This document shows, in pieces, positions 12,328 to 25,181 of a stretch of DNA of 64,000 nucleotides. The notes below the pieces were generated by a model. That model saw only the letters and a program-made list of their open reading frames with translations, made no database searches and had not been told where the DNA came from. A program made the position numbers and the translations under genes. This DNA comes from Octopus sinensis (Eukaryota), in contig NC_043003.1 in the NCBI RefSeq assembly GCF_006345805.1, positions 103,912,001 through 103,976,000 of the forward strand, in the 5' to 3' direction. How positions within the stretch are numbered: position 1 is the first letter of the stretch; each line of letters opens with the position of its first letter.

Positions 12328-13032
12328 ATGGACTTATTGGCAGAATCTGAAGCCGAACCATACTACTGTGGAGTATGTGGCAAAGATTTTGTCCATATTG
12401 TACAACTGGAGGAGCACATGAAGGTACATACTGTAGAGAAACGATTCCCTTGTGAAATATGTGGGAAGAACTTTTCAAAGAATTCTGACCTCTCAAGACA
12501 CATAAGAACCCACACGGGAGAACGACCGTTCCGCTGTGACGTCTGTGGTCGAGACTTCTCCATGAACTATAACTTGAAAAATCATTTAAAGACCCATACT
12601 GGCGAAAAGCCATATCAATGTGATATTTGTGATAAATACTTTACTGAAAGATCCTCTTTGAGGAAACACATCAGGATTCATACAGGAGAAAAACCTTACC
12701 ATTGCACCACATGTGGGGACAGTTTTACAGATTATTCTACATTAAGGACTCATTTACGAACTCACACAGGGGAGAAACCATTCCACTGTGAGATCTGTGG
12801 CAAAGATTTCACTGCAAATTCTTCCTTGAAAAGTCATATTCGGACACACAACAGGGAAAAACCATTTGTCTGTAAGGAATGTGGTAAAGGATTCTCATTC
12901 AAAGTTCACCTTAGAGAACACGTGAAGGCACATAACAAACCTGAACCAAGCCCTTTACGTTGTAAGATATGTGGGGACAACTTTGTAGATGATGTTGCTT
13001 TAACAAGTCATTTAAGAATACACACAGAGTAA
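12328..13032 (+). CDS. C2H2 zinc-finger protein (8 fingers, no effector domain), ZNF-1
   Basis: Eight CxxC-x12-HxxxH units with TGEKP-type linkers. First ATG at 12328, acceptor ttttcctttatttcag ending at 12258, AATAAA at 13075. Confidence 0.92.
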   Translation: MDLLAESEAEPYYCGVCGKDFVHIVQLEEHMKVHTVEKRFPCEICGKNFSKNSDLSRHIRTHTGERPFRCDVCGRDFSMNYNLKNHLKTHTGEKPYQCDICDKYFTERSSLRKHIRIHTGEKPYHCTTCGDSFTDYSTLRTHLRTHTGEKPFHCEICGKDFTANSSLKSHIRTHNREKPFVCKECGKGFSFKVHLREHVKAHNKPEPSPLRCKICGDNFVDDVALTSHLRIHTE

Positions 13033-13347
13033 TATTTTGTTTAATGGCAGGTGTTATTATTATGTTATTTTTAAAATAAATATTTTGTTTTATATTATAA
13101 ACTCAATCAGATTTCATTTGAAATTGTATTTTATTACAAATTCTTGCCTTATTTATGCAAATGAAGATTTTTGAAAGCAGTAGCAGTAAATACTACTCTT
13201 AGATTATTGGAATTTACACGTCTTAGGAATAATTTTTCTCTGAATTTCTGCTGCACTGCTTTTGATGTTATTATCGTTGTTTAATCCTAAGTCATTTGTA
13301 AATGATCAGATTTATGATTGATGGTATTCCTTTCATAACCTTCATCA

Positions 13348-13578
13348 GGCGGTGAGCTGGCTCAAACGTTAGCACGCCGGGCAAAATGGTTAACAATATT
13401 TTGTCTGCCGCTACGTTCTGAGTTCAAATTCCGCCGAGGTCGACTTTGCCTTTCATCCTTTTGGGGTCGATTAAATAAGTACCAGTTATGCACTGGTGTC
13501 GATATAATCGACTTAATCCGTTTGTCTGTCCTTGTTTGTTACCTCTGTGTTTAGCCCCTTGTGGGTAGTAAAGAAATA
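13348..13578 (+). mobile_element. SINE family B with ~21-bp TSD
   Basis: Flanked by ggtattcctttcat(a/g)accttc at 13323-13343 and 13579-13599. Confidence 0.88.
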
Positions 13579-14362
13579 GGTATTCCTTTCATGACCTTCC
13601 TGCTTTTTTGTATATCAAGGATTACATTGTCCAATATGGCCTTTTGTACTTGAGGGAGTTTGGCTGCTAATATTAATTTTAAATTTTGGCACAAGTCAGC
13701 AATTTCACAGGTAGGGGTAAAATGATTATATTGACCTCAGTGTTCAACTGGTATTTATTTTATTGACCCTGAAAGGATGAAAGGCAAAGTTGGACTTGGT
13801 GGAATTTGAACTCAAAGTGTGAAGATGGATGAAATGTCGCTAATCATTTTGTCCAGTGTGCTAATGATTCTGCCAGCTTGCCACCTTAGTTTGGCTGCTA
13901 ATATTAGCAGATTGTGTGTCCTAGTAGAGGGTTGCTCTAGCAGGGCCTGTCGCATTGCCCGAAGACAAGTCTAAATTTTCCTTTTGGAATTTAGATCAAA
14001 AACTTGAGAGTGAATTTGGGAGATGGAAGCTAGGAAACTGAAAGAAGCCCATTGTGTATGGGTGTGCATGCATATGTTTTTGTATTTCTTTGTCTTGACA
14101 TTGTGCAATAGTCGTAAACAAGCATCACTGTCATATAAGTGGTGCTGTTCATTTCCAAGTTTCTGTGAAGACTTGTCTGGGTATGGGGAAATATTACCCT
14201 GCTTGGAAACATGTGAAGGTTGGCAACAGAATGGGCATCCAGGCTTAACAAATTCTGTCTGATACATGAGCATGGAAAAGGAGACATTAAGATGCTGCTG
14301 CTGTTGTTGTTGTTGTTGGTGGTGGTGGTGATGGTGCTGCTTGTTTGTTTGTTGAGGGAAGT

Positions 14363-14708
14363 GGTTTTCATCCCTTTGTGGGAGAAGTCCGAAATGTGGT
14401 CCTTTGCTATTCGTAAGACCCGCAGAAGAGAAAGCAGGTCAACCCCCGACACCGAAAGCATTGACGGATGGATGAATGCGCGTCCAGGCTCAGCGGTTGC
14501 GTAGGAAATCGGGGACAAGAAACAGGAAGAAAGAGTGAGAGAAAGTTGGAGTGAAAGAGTACAACAGGGGTCGCCACCACCCCCTGCCAGAGCCTTGTGG
14601 AGCTTAGGTGTTTTCGCTCAATAAACACACACAACTCCCGTCTGGGAATCAAAACCACGATCCTCCAACTGTGAGTCCGCTGCCCTAACCACTGGGCCAT
14701 TGCGCCTC
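14363..14708 (-). mobile_element. tRNA-derived SINE family C
   Basis: Minus-strand head ggaggcgcaatggcccagtggttagggcagcggactc...gattccc, shared with the 18352 and 38581 copies. Confidence 0.8.
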
Positions 14709-15083
14709 CTGGTGCTGCTGCTGGTGGTGGCGGTGATGACGATGATGAAATTATCATTCTCTCATAGTACAAACTCTTTTTTTTTACCCCACATTTTGTG
14801 AGCATTTGAACTGATTTTTCTCTACTTTTTACTGATCCACACCAAGACTTCTTTCCTTAGACATTGATGTTTTATCATTTATTTATATTACATTTTGTAA
14901 ATGTAGTGTTGGTTATAGATTTCCAATTGGATACTCTCTCAGTTCACAGCATTTATGATAGCAAGGGTGTCAATGGTTATCTCTACAAATATGGTGGAAC
15001 AAATATCACAAGGGCTGTCATTTGTAAGCACTGCAATTTTATTACTGATATTTATATCTGTCAGTAATTTACAGTGTTAAAGG

Positions 15084-15120
<37 letters not shown>

Positions 15121-15149
15121 TGCATGTGCACACACAAACACATACACAC

Positions 15150-15560
15150 ATCATCATCATCATTTAACATCTGTTGATTATGCTGTCATGGGTTGGACAG
15201 TTTGACCAGGGCTTGCAAGCTGGAAGGCTGCACCAGACTCCAATCTGATTTGGCATTGTTTCTACAGCTGTATGCCCTTCCTAATGCCAACCACTCCAAG
15301 AGTGGATGCTTTTACATGCCACTGGCATGGGTGCCATTTGCATGACACCAGTATCTGCCACAACTGTGATTTTATTTGGCTTGATGGGTCTTCTTCTCAA
15401 ACACAACATAATGCCAAAGGTTTCGGTCACTCATCATTGCCTCTATGAGGCCCAACACTCGAAATGAGCTTTTCATATGCCACTGACATTGGCCACTTTG
15501 CCTCTGTGAGGCTCAACACTCAAAGGTGTCTTTTACATGCCACCGGCACAGGTGCCTTTG
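15150..15560 (-). mobile_element. RTE LINE 3' UTR fragment
   Basis: (CAT)n + tttaacatc...catgggttggacag...gctg.atgcccttcctaatgccaacca, similar to 9460-9640. Confidence 0.7.
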
Positions 15561-16241
15561 TGTGTGTGTGCATGTATCTTTCGTAACTTTATTTTTAACT
15601 CATTTCAATCATTGGATTGAGATCATGTAGAGGCACCAACCTAAAGGATTTTAGTTGAACAAATCAGCCCCTGCCCTTTTTTTAAAGCCTGGTACTTATT
15701 CTGTCAATCTCTTAGCTGAACTGCTAAATTACAGGTATGTAAACAAACTAACAGTGGTTGTCAACCAGTGGTGGGAGACGAACACAAACATGAACACACA
15801 CGCACACAGAGCAATGAGCTTCTTTCAGTTTTTGTCTATCAAACCCACTCATAAGACTCTGGTTGGCCTGGGTCTACAGTAGAAGGTGTCTACCCATAGT
15901 GTCATGCAGTGGAATTGAACTGGGAACCGCATGGTTAGGAAGACAATTTCTTACCACACAGCCGCACATGTGCCTATGCATACACATAGCCATTTGTTCA
16001 TTCATTTGTATCTGTTTTTCTGTGCTAGCATGGGTTGGATCCGCATGTTATCTGAGGCATTGTTTTACAGTTGGCTGTGCTCTTTCTGGCACTAACCTTT
16101 ACTTGTTTTGCTAGTAAGCTATCAGTTGTTACACAAGGATTTGAGAGCAAAGATTGCTCAGATGATTCGTTGACAAGAAAGTTTGCCATCAGCACTGCTC
16201 ACTGCACTTTCATACAAGCAACTGCAAACACAGACATTCAT

Positions 16242-16292
<51 letters not shown>

Positions 16293-16599
16293 CACACACA
16301 CGCACACACATATTTAAGATGCAGGTGTGGCTGTGTGGTTAAGAAGCTTGCTTCCTTGCTTCCAAACTCTCTGGTCTCAGGTTCAGTCAGTCCCACTGCA
16401 TGCCATCTTAAGCAGATATATTTTACTATATCTCCTTGTGAGTGGACAAGTGAGACAGAGACAGAACGAAGGCTGTTGCATATATCTGTGCAACATATAT
16501 GCATGTGTTTGTTTGTATGTGTGTGTGTTGTGTTGACTTATTTCGTATGTATACAGTATATATTTATAAATCACTATTTGACAAAGAAGTAAAAAGGTT

Positions 16600-17982
16600 A
16601 TTTTCAAGAATATACAGTGTACAGGTAGGGGTTCACCAAGGTTCAATTCCCAACCCTCTCTTGTTTATCTTAGTCATCCAGGCCTTGACTGGCTGCCCCT
16701 GGGAGCTCCTCTACACTAATGACCTTGTTCTTATAGCTGAATCATTACCTGACATAGAGAAGAAATTTCAGGTGTGGAAACAAGGCCTGAACTCTAAGGG
16801 CCTTAGAGTTAATATAGCGAAAACCTAGTAAGTCCTAGTAAGTAGGAAAACAGACAAATCAGAAGTCCCTTCTGCGAGATGGCCCTGCTCAATATGTAAG
16901 AAGGGTGTTGGTAGAAACTCCGTACGTTGTGTTGTACCCAGTGCAAGCTTTCTACACATGAAAAGTGTAGTGGTATCGCAAGAAGGTTTCTGGAGAATAT
17001 ATTCTTTGTGTGTGGCAAATGTGCAGGTTCAATAAGCACTAAAAATGCACAGAGAATAGATCTTTATAAGTAGTAGATAGCATGTGTTACCTAGGAGACA
17101 AAGTTAGAAGTGGTGGAGGGAGTTCTGAAAGTGCAGCTGCTAGAATAAGGATGGGCTGGGCAAAGTTCAGAGAGCTTCTACCTTTGATAGTAACTAAGGG
17201 CCTCTCTTTCAGAGTGAAAGGTAGATTGTATGAGGCTTATGTATGCACAGCTATGTTACATGGCACTGACATATGGACTTTGACTGCAGAGGACTTGCAA
17301 AGGCTTGAAAGAGATGAAGCTAGCATGCTCCATTGGGTGGGTAATGTAAGTGTGCATGTGCAACAGAGTGTAAATGATTTAAAAGGTAAACTGGGTATAA
17401 GAGGCATCATAGGCTGTGTGCAAGAGAGAAGACTGTGCTGGTTTGGTCATGTAATATGTATGGATAAGGACAGCTGCATAAAGAAGTGCCAACCTCTAAT
17501 TGTGGAAGGGGTAGACCCAGGAAGACATGGGAAAAGTGGTGAGAAAGGATCCTCAGATACTGGGCCTCACTGAGGAAATGACAAGTTACCAGATGTACCA
17601 ATTTGCTGTACTTGATAAGACATGTCAATCTAAGTAAAACCAGGCTTGTCCTTTCAGATGCTGGTGCCACATGAAAGGCCCCTGCGCTGGTGCTGTGCAA
17701 ACACACATGTTCCTGTGCTGCATAAATGCACCCATTTCTGTGCTGTGCACCCATACTGATGCTGCATAAATGCATCTGTGCTGGTACTGCATAAATGCAC
17801 CCATGCTGGTGGCATGTAAAAAGCACCCAGCACATTCTGTAGAGTGGTTGGCATTAGGAAGGGCATCCACCTGTAGAAACCATGCCACAACAGACAGTTG
17901 GAGTCTGGACAGTTCCCAGCTGGACATGTCAAACTGTCCAACCCATGCCAGCATAGAAAGCAGATGTTAAAAGATGATGATG
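16600..17982 (+). mobile_element. RTE LINE, older degenerate copy
   Basis: VQVGVHQGS, PWELLY, WPCSIC...CGKC, YLGD, ARIRMGWAKFRELLPL and RLCWFGHV motifs, with stops and frameshifts. Ends in (GAT)n. Confidence 0.9.
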
Positions 17983-18351
17983 TTCCATTTTAGGTTTCCC
18001 TCTAAAGGACGTCAGCAACAGCACCAAGTCCTCCTAATTTGTTAGAAAAGTATATTATTTCTATCTTATTTTTTAAATAATAGCCATCAGGTTAAGAAGT
18101 GAGAAAGATGAAGAAAATAAGGGAGACCCAAGAAGACATGGCACAGCACCTTCAAAGACCTAAAATAAGTTAGCATCACCTGAGAAGACATCGGCCACTA
18201 TGCTGAAAACCAGGATTATTAGAGATGTCTTGTTGTCCAATGCACAGACTAACTGTACAAGAGGAACTAAGACAAAGCCTTAGACTAATCAAGGAAATAT
18301 TTTTTATTTCAATGAAACACACCTTTGGAGAACTGTAACAACTACGTAATT

Positions 18352-18729
18352 GGTGGATGATGGAAGCACTCCATCGGTTACGACGACGAGGGTTCCGGTT
18401 GATCCGATCAACAGAACAGCCTGCTCGTGAAATTAACGTGCAAGTGGCTGAGCACTCCACAGACACGTGTACCCTTAACGCAGTTCTCGGGGATATTCAG
18501 CATGACACAGAGAGTGACAAGGCCGGCCCCTTTGAAATACAGGTACAACAGAAACAGGAAGTAAGAGTGAGAGAAAGTTATGGTGAAAGAGTACAGCAGG
18601 GATCACCACTTGTGGAGCTTTAGGTGTTTTCGCTCAATAAACACTCACAACACCCGGTCTGGGAATCGAAACCGCGATCCTACGACCGCGAGTCCGCTGC
18701 CCTAACCACTGGGCCATTGCGCCTCCACT
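18352..18729 (-). mobile_element. SINE family C with 12-bp TSD
   Basis: tRNA-like head, and TSD aactacgtaatt at 18340-18351 and 18730-18741. Confidence 0.9.
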
Positions 18730-18811
18730 AACTACGTAATTACTGGGTGTATTGAATGAAGCAACAAATTGGGAAAAAAGTGAAAGTCTGTTTGTGAGTA
18801 ACAGTCTGTTT

Positions 18812-19065
18812 CAGTGGTTCACACCTGGGACCCATGTGACCCTTGGGCATCCATATGAGATTTTGTTGATAAAATTTATCTGCAATAAATTGATTATTCT
18901 TCTGCAATACACAAAATAATTAAATTTTTTAAAATACAATTCCTAATAATATTCAATTATAAAAATTAATTAGTTTTTTTTTAAACATCAAATGGTTATG
19001 AAGGCACACCCATGAAAAATAGGAATGAAGGGGTCCCAAGATATAAAAATGGTTGAGAGCCGTTG
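18812..19065. mobile_element. Decayed hAT (Charlie-like) MITE
   Basis: Termini cagtggttcacacct and ggttgagagccgttg. Confidence 0.45.
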
Positions 19066-20556
19066 GTGGTTTACACCATAACTTTCTCTTGTCCAACATC
19101 TTTACAGCAGTCTGCCAATAAATGTAAAGGTCAAGAGTTCAAGACTTGCATGGAAGCAGCTTGTCAATGGGTTTGAAATGGCAAAATGCTGTTTGTAGCT
19201 GACTGGAAGAAACTGTTTATTTTTTCTCAGGGGTCACTAATATATGTCTAGCTCAAAGCTGAATTAAGACTCTGTAAATGAAAGTCAATCAAGTTTATCT
19301 AACTTCACCTCAGCTTCACTATGATAATGGTGAATTTCTGACAGGTTAAACAAATGGATTTTAAATGCACAGTTAGAGAACAAAGGAGATGGAAGTGGGG
19401 ACTTAGGTTTTAACCCTGTTAAATACCTCCTACAACTGTATAAGATTTATTTTTTTATTTGTAATTCTACTAAACTGAAGCTGTATTTAAATTGTGTTTA
19501 ATTTTCATTTCAGCATAGCTAGACATTCTGAGACTCTATAAATGACCAAAAATAAATTCTTTAATTGTAAATATATATATATGACCATCAAGTAATATTC
19601 TAATATAATAATCTAACTTAAGGTGGTAAGTTGGTAGAATTGTTAGCATGCCAAGTAAAATGTTTAGTGGCATTTTGTCTGTCTTTATGTTCTGAGTTCA
19701 AATTCCGCTGAGGTCAGCTTTACCTTTTGTCTTTTTGGGGGCAATGAAATAAGTACCAGTTGAATCTTAGGAGCTGATGTAATCAACTTCCCCCTTCCCC
19801 TGAATTTGCTGACTTTGTGCCAAAATTTGAAACCAATAGAGTAGTGTAGAAATTGTTTGTCTTTCTAATAAAATCAGATTCCACATCAGTTATTTTCCTC
19901 CATCTTTGGATTAGGACATGGACCAAGTATCTTCTGTTTGTCTTTCAACTATTGGTGGTCGATTGCACTCGGAGTCTGGCTCATGTTTTTGAAGTATTGA
20001 CATATAACTGCTCCATCCAGCTTCCCGATGGAAACAGAAAACAAAGATTAAGGCAAATTGGCAGGCATTAGAGCACAGGACAATACTGTCTGGTGTGTGT
20101 TTCAATTCTCTATATATGCTCATCATCATCATCATCATCATTGTCGTCGTCGTCGTCGTCATCATCATCATCATCGTTTAACGTCTGCTTTTTGTCCTTC
20201 ATACACTCACAATTGGAAAAAAAGAACTGTACACAGGTGATGGTTTGATAAGAACTGGAAGAAAGTTGAGCTGGACATTTTGTTGCGTTTGGCTCTTTGT
20301 GTTGAGGTCAAATCTCACCATTGCTTATTTGGGTGGTTGACTTAACTTGTTGCCTGGTTTAGTATCATCACCTGGCACTTTGGATTTATTTAGAATAGTC
20401 TGCTCCATTGCTAGCCTTGTGGTAAGGTTTCCAGTCCAGGGATACTGTCCTTTTCCCTTCCCCACCTGTCTGCAACAGGTCATCAGCACCACCTTCTCTT
20501 CTCACTAAAAAGATTATTAAAAAAAAGACAACGTGAAAGTAAATGATTAAGGTTAC

Positions 20557-20980
20557 TGTGGTAAGTAGCTTGCTTACAAACCACATCATTCTGGGTTCAG
20601 TCCCACTGCGTGGCACGTTGGGCAAGTGTCTTCTACTATAGCCTCGGGCTGACCAAAGCCTTGTGAGTGGATTTAGTAGACGGAAACTGAAAGAAGCCTG
20701 TCGTATATATGTGTATATATATATCATCATCATCATCATCATCGTTTAACGTCCGTTCTCCATGCTAGCATGGGTTGGACGATATATATATGTGTTTGTC
20801 CACCCCCCACCCCCCAACATCGCTTGACAACCGATGCTGGTGTGTTTACGTCCCCGTAACTTAGCGGTTCGGCAAAAGAGACCGATAGAATAAGTACTAG
20901 GCTTACAAGAATAAGTCCTGGGGTCGATTTGCTCGACAGCATGGCTGCAGTCAAATGACTAAAACAAGTAAAAGAGTAAA
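20557..20980 (+). mobile_element. SINE family A carrying a nested RTE 3'-end fragment (20724-20781)
   Basis: Family A body whose internal (TA)n is interrupted by (CAT)n-cgtttaacgtccgttctccatgctagcatgggttggacg. Confidence 0.85.
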
Positions 20981-21064
20981 AATGAGGTGCGGGGGTGGGG
21001 CTGGATAAAAATTTTTTTATTATAGCACGTCTGGCTCTCCGTAGTTTTAGCTTTCCTCTCTGTT

Positions 21065-21320
21065 TCCAATCCGGCTTTTCCTAACTTCCTGTCGGCAGGA
21101 AGGCGCCGATGCGATCTGGTAGGTTCACGTCGTTCTTTCTCATCTCCCCCATTATCTGTATTGTCCTATTGTACATGCAATATACGCCAGTTGTTAGACA
21201 TATTAACTGTATTATATTTATAGCTGTTCACTAACTCTATTCTCTACTGATGACGAATTGGTTTCCTTTGTTTGCTGTATGAGATGTGTGTCGGTGGTGG
21301 TGGTCAGTGACGGAGCTGCT
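21065..21320 (+). promoter_or_regulatory. Candidate promoter / non-coding first exon of the ZNF gene at 24564
   Basis: CpG-enriched; ccaat-ccgg..aacttcc..gtcggcaggaa, with a donor-like tg|gtaggt near 21119. Homologous to 4170-4480. Confidence 0.55.
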
Positions 21321-22284
21321 GGTGTGGTTGTGCTTGTTGTATTATGTAAATGTCTATGGACAGTGTATCTCTCGTTGACTAAATAATTACACTCACATAC
21401 TCTGCTACAATATCCACTTCTTGAGCATCTTTATTTATTCTCTATAAATAGTAATTAATATACAATGGAAGAAAATATCTAAAATGAATAGAATTATTCG
21501 GAGGCTTGGATTAAGAGAAAGATGACAAAATAATTCCCATTAACAGTTAAATAATCAAAAAGGTAATTAGAAAACGATAAAATAGAACCGACTCAAGACA
21601 AACGAAGATTCATCTCGAAAAAGTAATATTTACTACATAAATACAGTACACCTAATTGAAGGACCTCTCTATCCCCTCCGTGAAAGTGTCCCTTTAATGG
21701 TGTGACCAACTCTTATAAGGTTAACTGCGAGGTAGAGCTAATGGAATGTCACTAACACTTACCTTAGATGGACGTGTTTCGAATATTAGGTGAAGGAATC
21801 TGGTTATTAACTCTAGGTTAGGTTTTTTTTCGTTATATACCTATCAATCTTTCTCTTCTCTATTACCAGGTACCCTGCGTCCAGGTCAGTTATTATTTCA
21901 AGTTACAAATGTTGTTGTGTGGCTGAGCAGTCAGGACCTCCCTCTAACCAGACCCGGGCATCTTTAAAACACAAACCCTTTGACTAATATAGTCTATGCT
22001 ATATTATGCCTGAAAGAGAGAAAAAGACGAGAATGGTTACAACTGTAATGCCTTGACCATAGGTCAGTACGATCAATGCTGACAACTCTCTCTCTCTGTC
22101 TCTATGTCATGGGTAGGGTTTGAACTCTGCACTGTAACCTAACAGAAAATAACGTCAGTGATGCAGTGGTTCTTACTTCTTGCAGAAGTGATGAACTACA
22201 TTAATTATGATGGATGGAGGCTGGTTAAAGTTACCTTTGCTGGAGACTATGGCAAGACTGGTGGTTAGATACAAACCTTTATCC

Positions 22285-22433
22285 CAGTGGTTCCCAACCT
22301 TTTCACTACCAAGGATCCCTTTTATTTAAATGAGTTTTCCCTTTTGATATGCTTATATATATATATATGAAATTTTGAATTTAGCTCACAGACTCCATTA
22401 TTACCTTTGTGGACCACAGGTTGTGAACCACTG
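22285..22433. mobile_element. hAT (Charlie/MER5-like) MITE
   Basis: TIRs cagtggttcccaacct / aggttgtgaaccactg, and 8-bp TSD ctttatcc/ctttaacc. Confidence 0.75.
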
Positions 22434-23189
22434 CTTTAACCGATCCATCTGCAGGTTAGTCACCTACCAACTTCAGATTACCAAACATGACACTGTGACA
22501 CTCCTCTAAAATGTTATTTTCACTCGAAATTGAAAAGAAAAGAAGAAAAATGAATTTCCCCAATTCATGTTTATTCAGTCTTTTTAATACAAACCAACCT
22601 GAGATGGCCACTGTTTGTTTCTAATCTCTAACTCTTATATCTATTTTAAAATCTTACTTCATAATTTTAAACCTAGAACCTTTGTTATGTTTCAAACATC
22701 ATCTTTTACTAAATCAATCCAAATTTTTGATTGCTTTCTGAATTAATTAAACATCTCTCTCTCTGACACCAATACTTGTTCTGGCACTATTTTCCTATAT
22801 GATGCTGACATGGAGATGAGTCACTGCTATCTCTAGCAGTCGAGTGTCCATCATTGATGAGACCAAGGAAGGTCAAAATTATATGATTTGGTGGTCTCAG
22901 TACCAGAGATGGCAGGGATTCATCTCCCCACTAGCAATATAAACAAGAGTGTGTTTTGCAACAAAAGCCAATATGACAGCATCTCTCGTGGTATCTACCT
23001 CAGTATAGCTTGTCCTAACAGAACATCCATGTTTAAGTTGGGATATATATTACCTCTCAATATTAATACAGCCTCTGTTGCTAATATATAACTGAACAGT
23101 ATTTTTCAGTAGAAATATGGTCAAGAATTAGTTAATTCCATATCTAGTATCTGATTAGCTCTAATTTTAGTAGTATTTTTCTATTGTTC

Positions 23190-23758
23190 CTGAAAGAAGC
23201 CCGTCGTATATATGTATATATATATATGCGTGTGTGTGTTTGTGCGTCTGTGTTTGTCCCACTAGCATTGCTTGACAATCGATGCTGGTGTGTTTATGTC
23301 CCCGTTACTTAGCGGTTCGGGAAAAGAGACCGATATAATAAGTACTGGGCTTACAAAAGAATAAGTCCCGGGGTCGATTTGCTCAATTAACCCCTTACTC
23401 GGCAGAAACGAATATATGCGTTTTGACCGAAATCGTTTTTTTCTATCTCTGGCGAGTTAACTCGTCAAAAGATAGACTTGCCAAAATCGACAGCAAACAA
23501 GTTCCTTCGTCTAAAAATGGGTTAACTTGTTTCTGCCCAAAGCGGTAATTTAAAATCAATATTATTGAATTAAAATTCATAATAAATAAGGTTTGAAATA
23601 TACCTCGAAATCACCATTCAAAACATAGTAAAATAAAACAATTAAAAAATATGTCTGAAAAAATACATTTATTTTCAAAATAATTGTTGGGTAAGGGGTT
23701 AAAGGCGGTGCTCCAGCATGGCCGCAGTCAAATGACTGAAACGAGTAAAAGAGAGAGA
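23190..23758 (+). mobile_element. SINE family A (5'-truncated), interrupted by a piggyBac-like MITE
   Basis: The family A body breaks at gtcgatttgctcaattaa and resumes at ttaaaggcggtgctccagc. Confidence 0.8.
23391..23698. mobile_element. piggyBac-like MITE
   Basis: TTAA|ccccttac ... gtaagggg|TTAA. Confidence 0.85.
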
Positions 23759-24563
23759 ATTCATATCTTTTACTCGTTTCAGTTATTAAACTGCAATTAT
23801 GCTGAAGCACTACCTTGAAGTGTTTTTAGTTGAACACGTTGACTCCAGTACTTACTTTTAAGTTTGTTACTTATTCTATCGGTCTCTTTTACCAAACTGC
23901 TAAGTTACAAGGATGTAAGCAAACTAACACTGGTTGTCAAACAGTAGTGGAGAGCAGACAGACACACAAAAATAGTTGGTGGTAAGGAGATTTAATATCA
24001 ACAGTGGTTGAGAGAAACACAAATTTAGATACTACTATCATTTTATGTTCAGTAGCTCAAAATAAGTTAGCCATTGGATAGAACCTAGAGCTGTGTGGTT
24101 GTGAAGTGATCTTCTTGGCCATACACCATGCCTGTACCCTTTAGTTATATCATTTAACATTCTGAGTTGAACTCCTACTGAATTGCTTTTCATCCTCTGT
24201 GCTTGATAAGTATTAGTTATATGCTAGGATAAATAGAATTGATTATAGTACACCTCTATGGTCTTGTACTAATGTTAGAAACTTTTGTTTTAAGGTAATG
24301 TCAATTGTCTTTAGGACAGAAAAGTTGTATAAAGGAATCATTCCCTATCACTTGCGAATATAGGAAGACTAAAAACCATAGTGATGGTGATTATAAGGAT
24401 TATTATTTATTTATTTATATATTTCAGAATGAAGTAAAGAAGTTGAAGAAAATTCAAGTTGGTTGTGTCCTATCGGGATTAAACAGAATATTGTGACAAC
24501 ATCTCTGCTATTGTGGTGTATGTGACAAGGACTTTATCCATATTTTTATTCCTGGAAGATCTC

Positions 24564-25181
24564 ATGAAGGCGCACACTTCAGCAAGACGTTACCCATGTG
24601 AAACATGTGGCAAGACATTCTCACAAAATTCCCATCTTTCAAGACACATAAGAACACACACGGGTGAAAAGCCTTTCCGCTGCGAAGTGTGCGGCAAGGG
24701 CTTCCCCGAGAATTACACCTTAAAAACCCACATGAAAACCCATACAGGAGTGAAACCTTTCCATTGTGATATTTGCGATAAGGACTTTACTGAAAAAGCC
24801 ACATTGATAAAACACACACGCAGCCATACGGGGCTAAGACCCTACAGCTGTGAAACCTGTGGGGACAGTTTTGCAGATCATTCTACTTTAAGAACACACA
24901 TACGAACTCACACAGGAGAGAAACCATACCATTGTGAGATTTGTGGGAAAGACTTTGCGGTCCATTCTAACTTTAAAAAACACCTTCGAATACATGCCCG
25001 ACAGCAAGAATTATTCCAGTGTGAAAATTGCGGGGAAAAATTCTCTCATAGATTTTATTTAATGAAGCACATGGAAACACATGCACCGAAATCCCTTGCA
25101 CAACTGCGTTGTCAGATTTGTGGTGACAATTTTATTGATAGTGTTGCTTTGCAAAGCCATTTAAAGATTCATAATGATTAA
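24564..25181 (+). CDS. C2H2 zinc-finger protein (7 fingers), ZNF-2, paralog of ZNF-1
   Basis: Seven fingers collinear with fingers 2-8 of ZNF-1. Acceptor tttcag ends at 24427; the first in-frame ATG is at 24564, and the upstream finger 1 is frameshifted. Confidence 0.82.
   Translation: MKAHTSARRYPCETCGKTFSQNSHLSRHIRTHTGEKPFRCEVCGKGFPENYTLKTHMKTHTGVKPFHCDICDKDFTEKATLIKHTRSHTGLRPYSCETCGDSFADHSTLRTHIRTHTGEKPYHCEICGKDFAVHSNFKKHLRIHARQQELFQCENCGEKFSHRFYLMKHMETHAPKSLAQLRCQICGDNFIDSVALQSHLKIHND

Noticed and set aside
12173-12613. Antisense ORFs over ZNF exons (also 40222-40918) and over RTE (10292-11257)
   Set aside because: Shadow frames of real coding sequence, with no independent motifs.
18650-18729. 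tRNA gene
   Set aside because: This is the tRNA-like head of a TSD-flanked SINE with a body and tail. The same applies at 7701, 14640 and 38581.
21870-21884. 15-nt microexon (polypyrimidine-cag|gtaccctgcgtccag|gtcagt) in the ZNF-2 5' region
   Set aside because: Splice-like signals alone are insufficient without transcript data.
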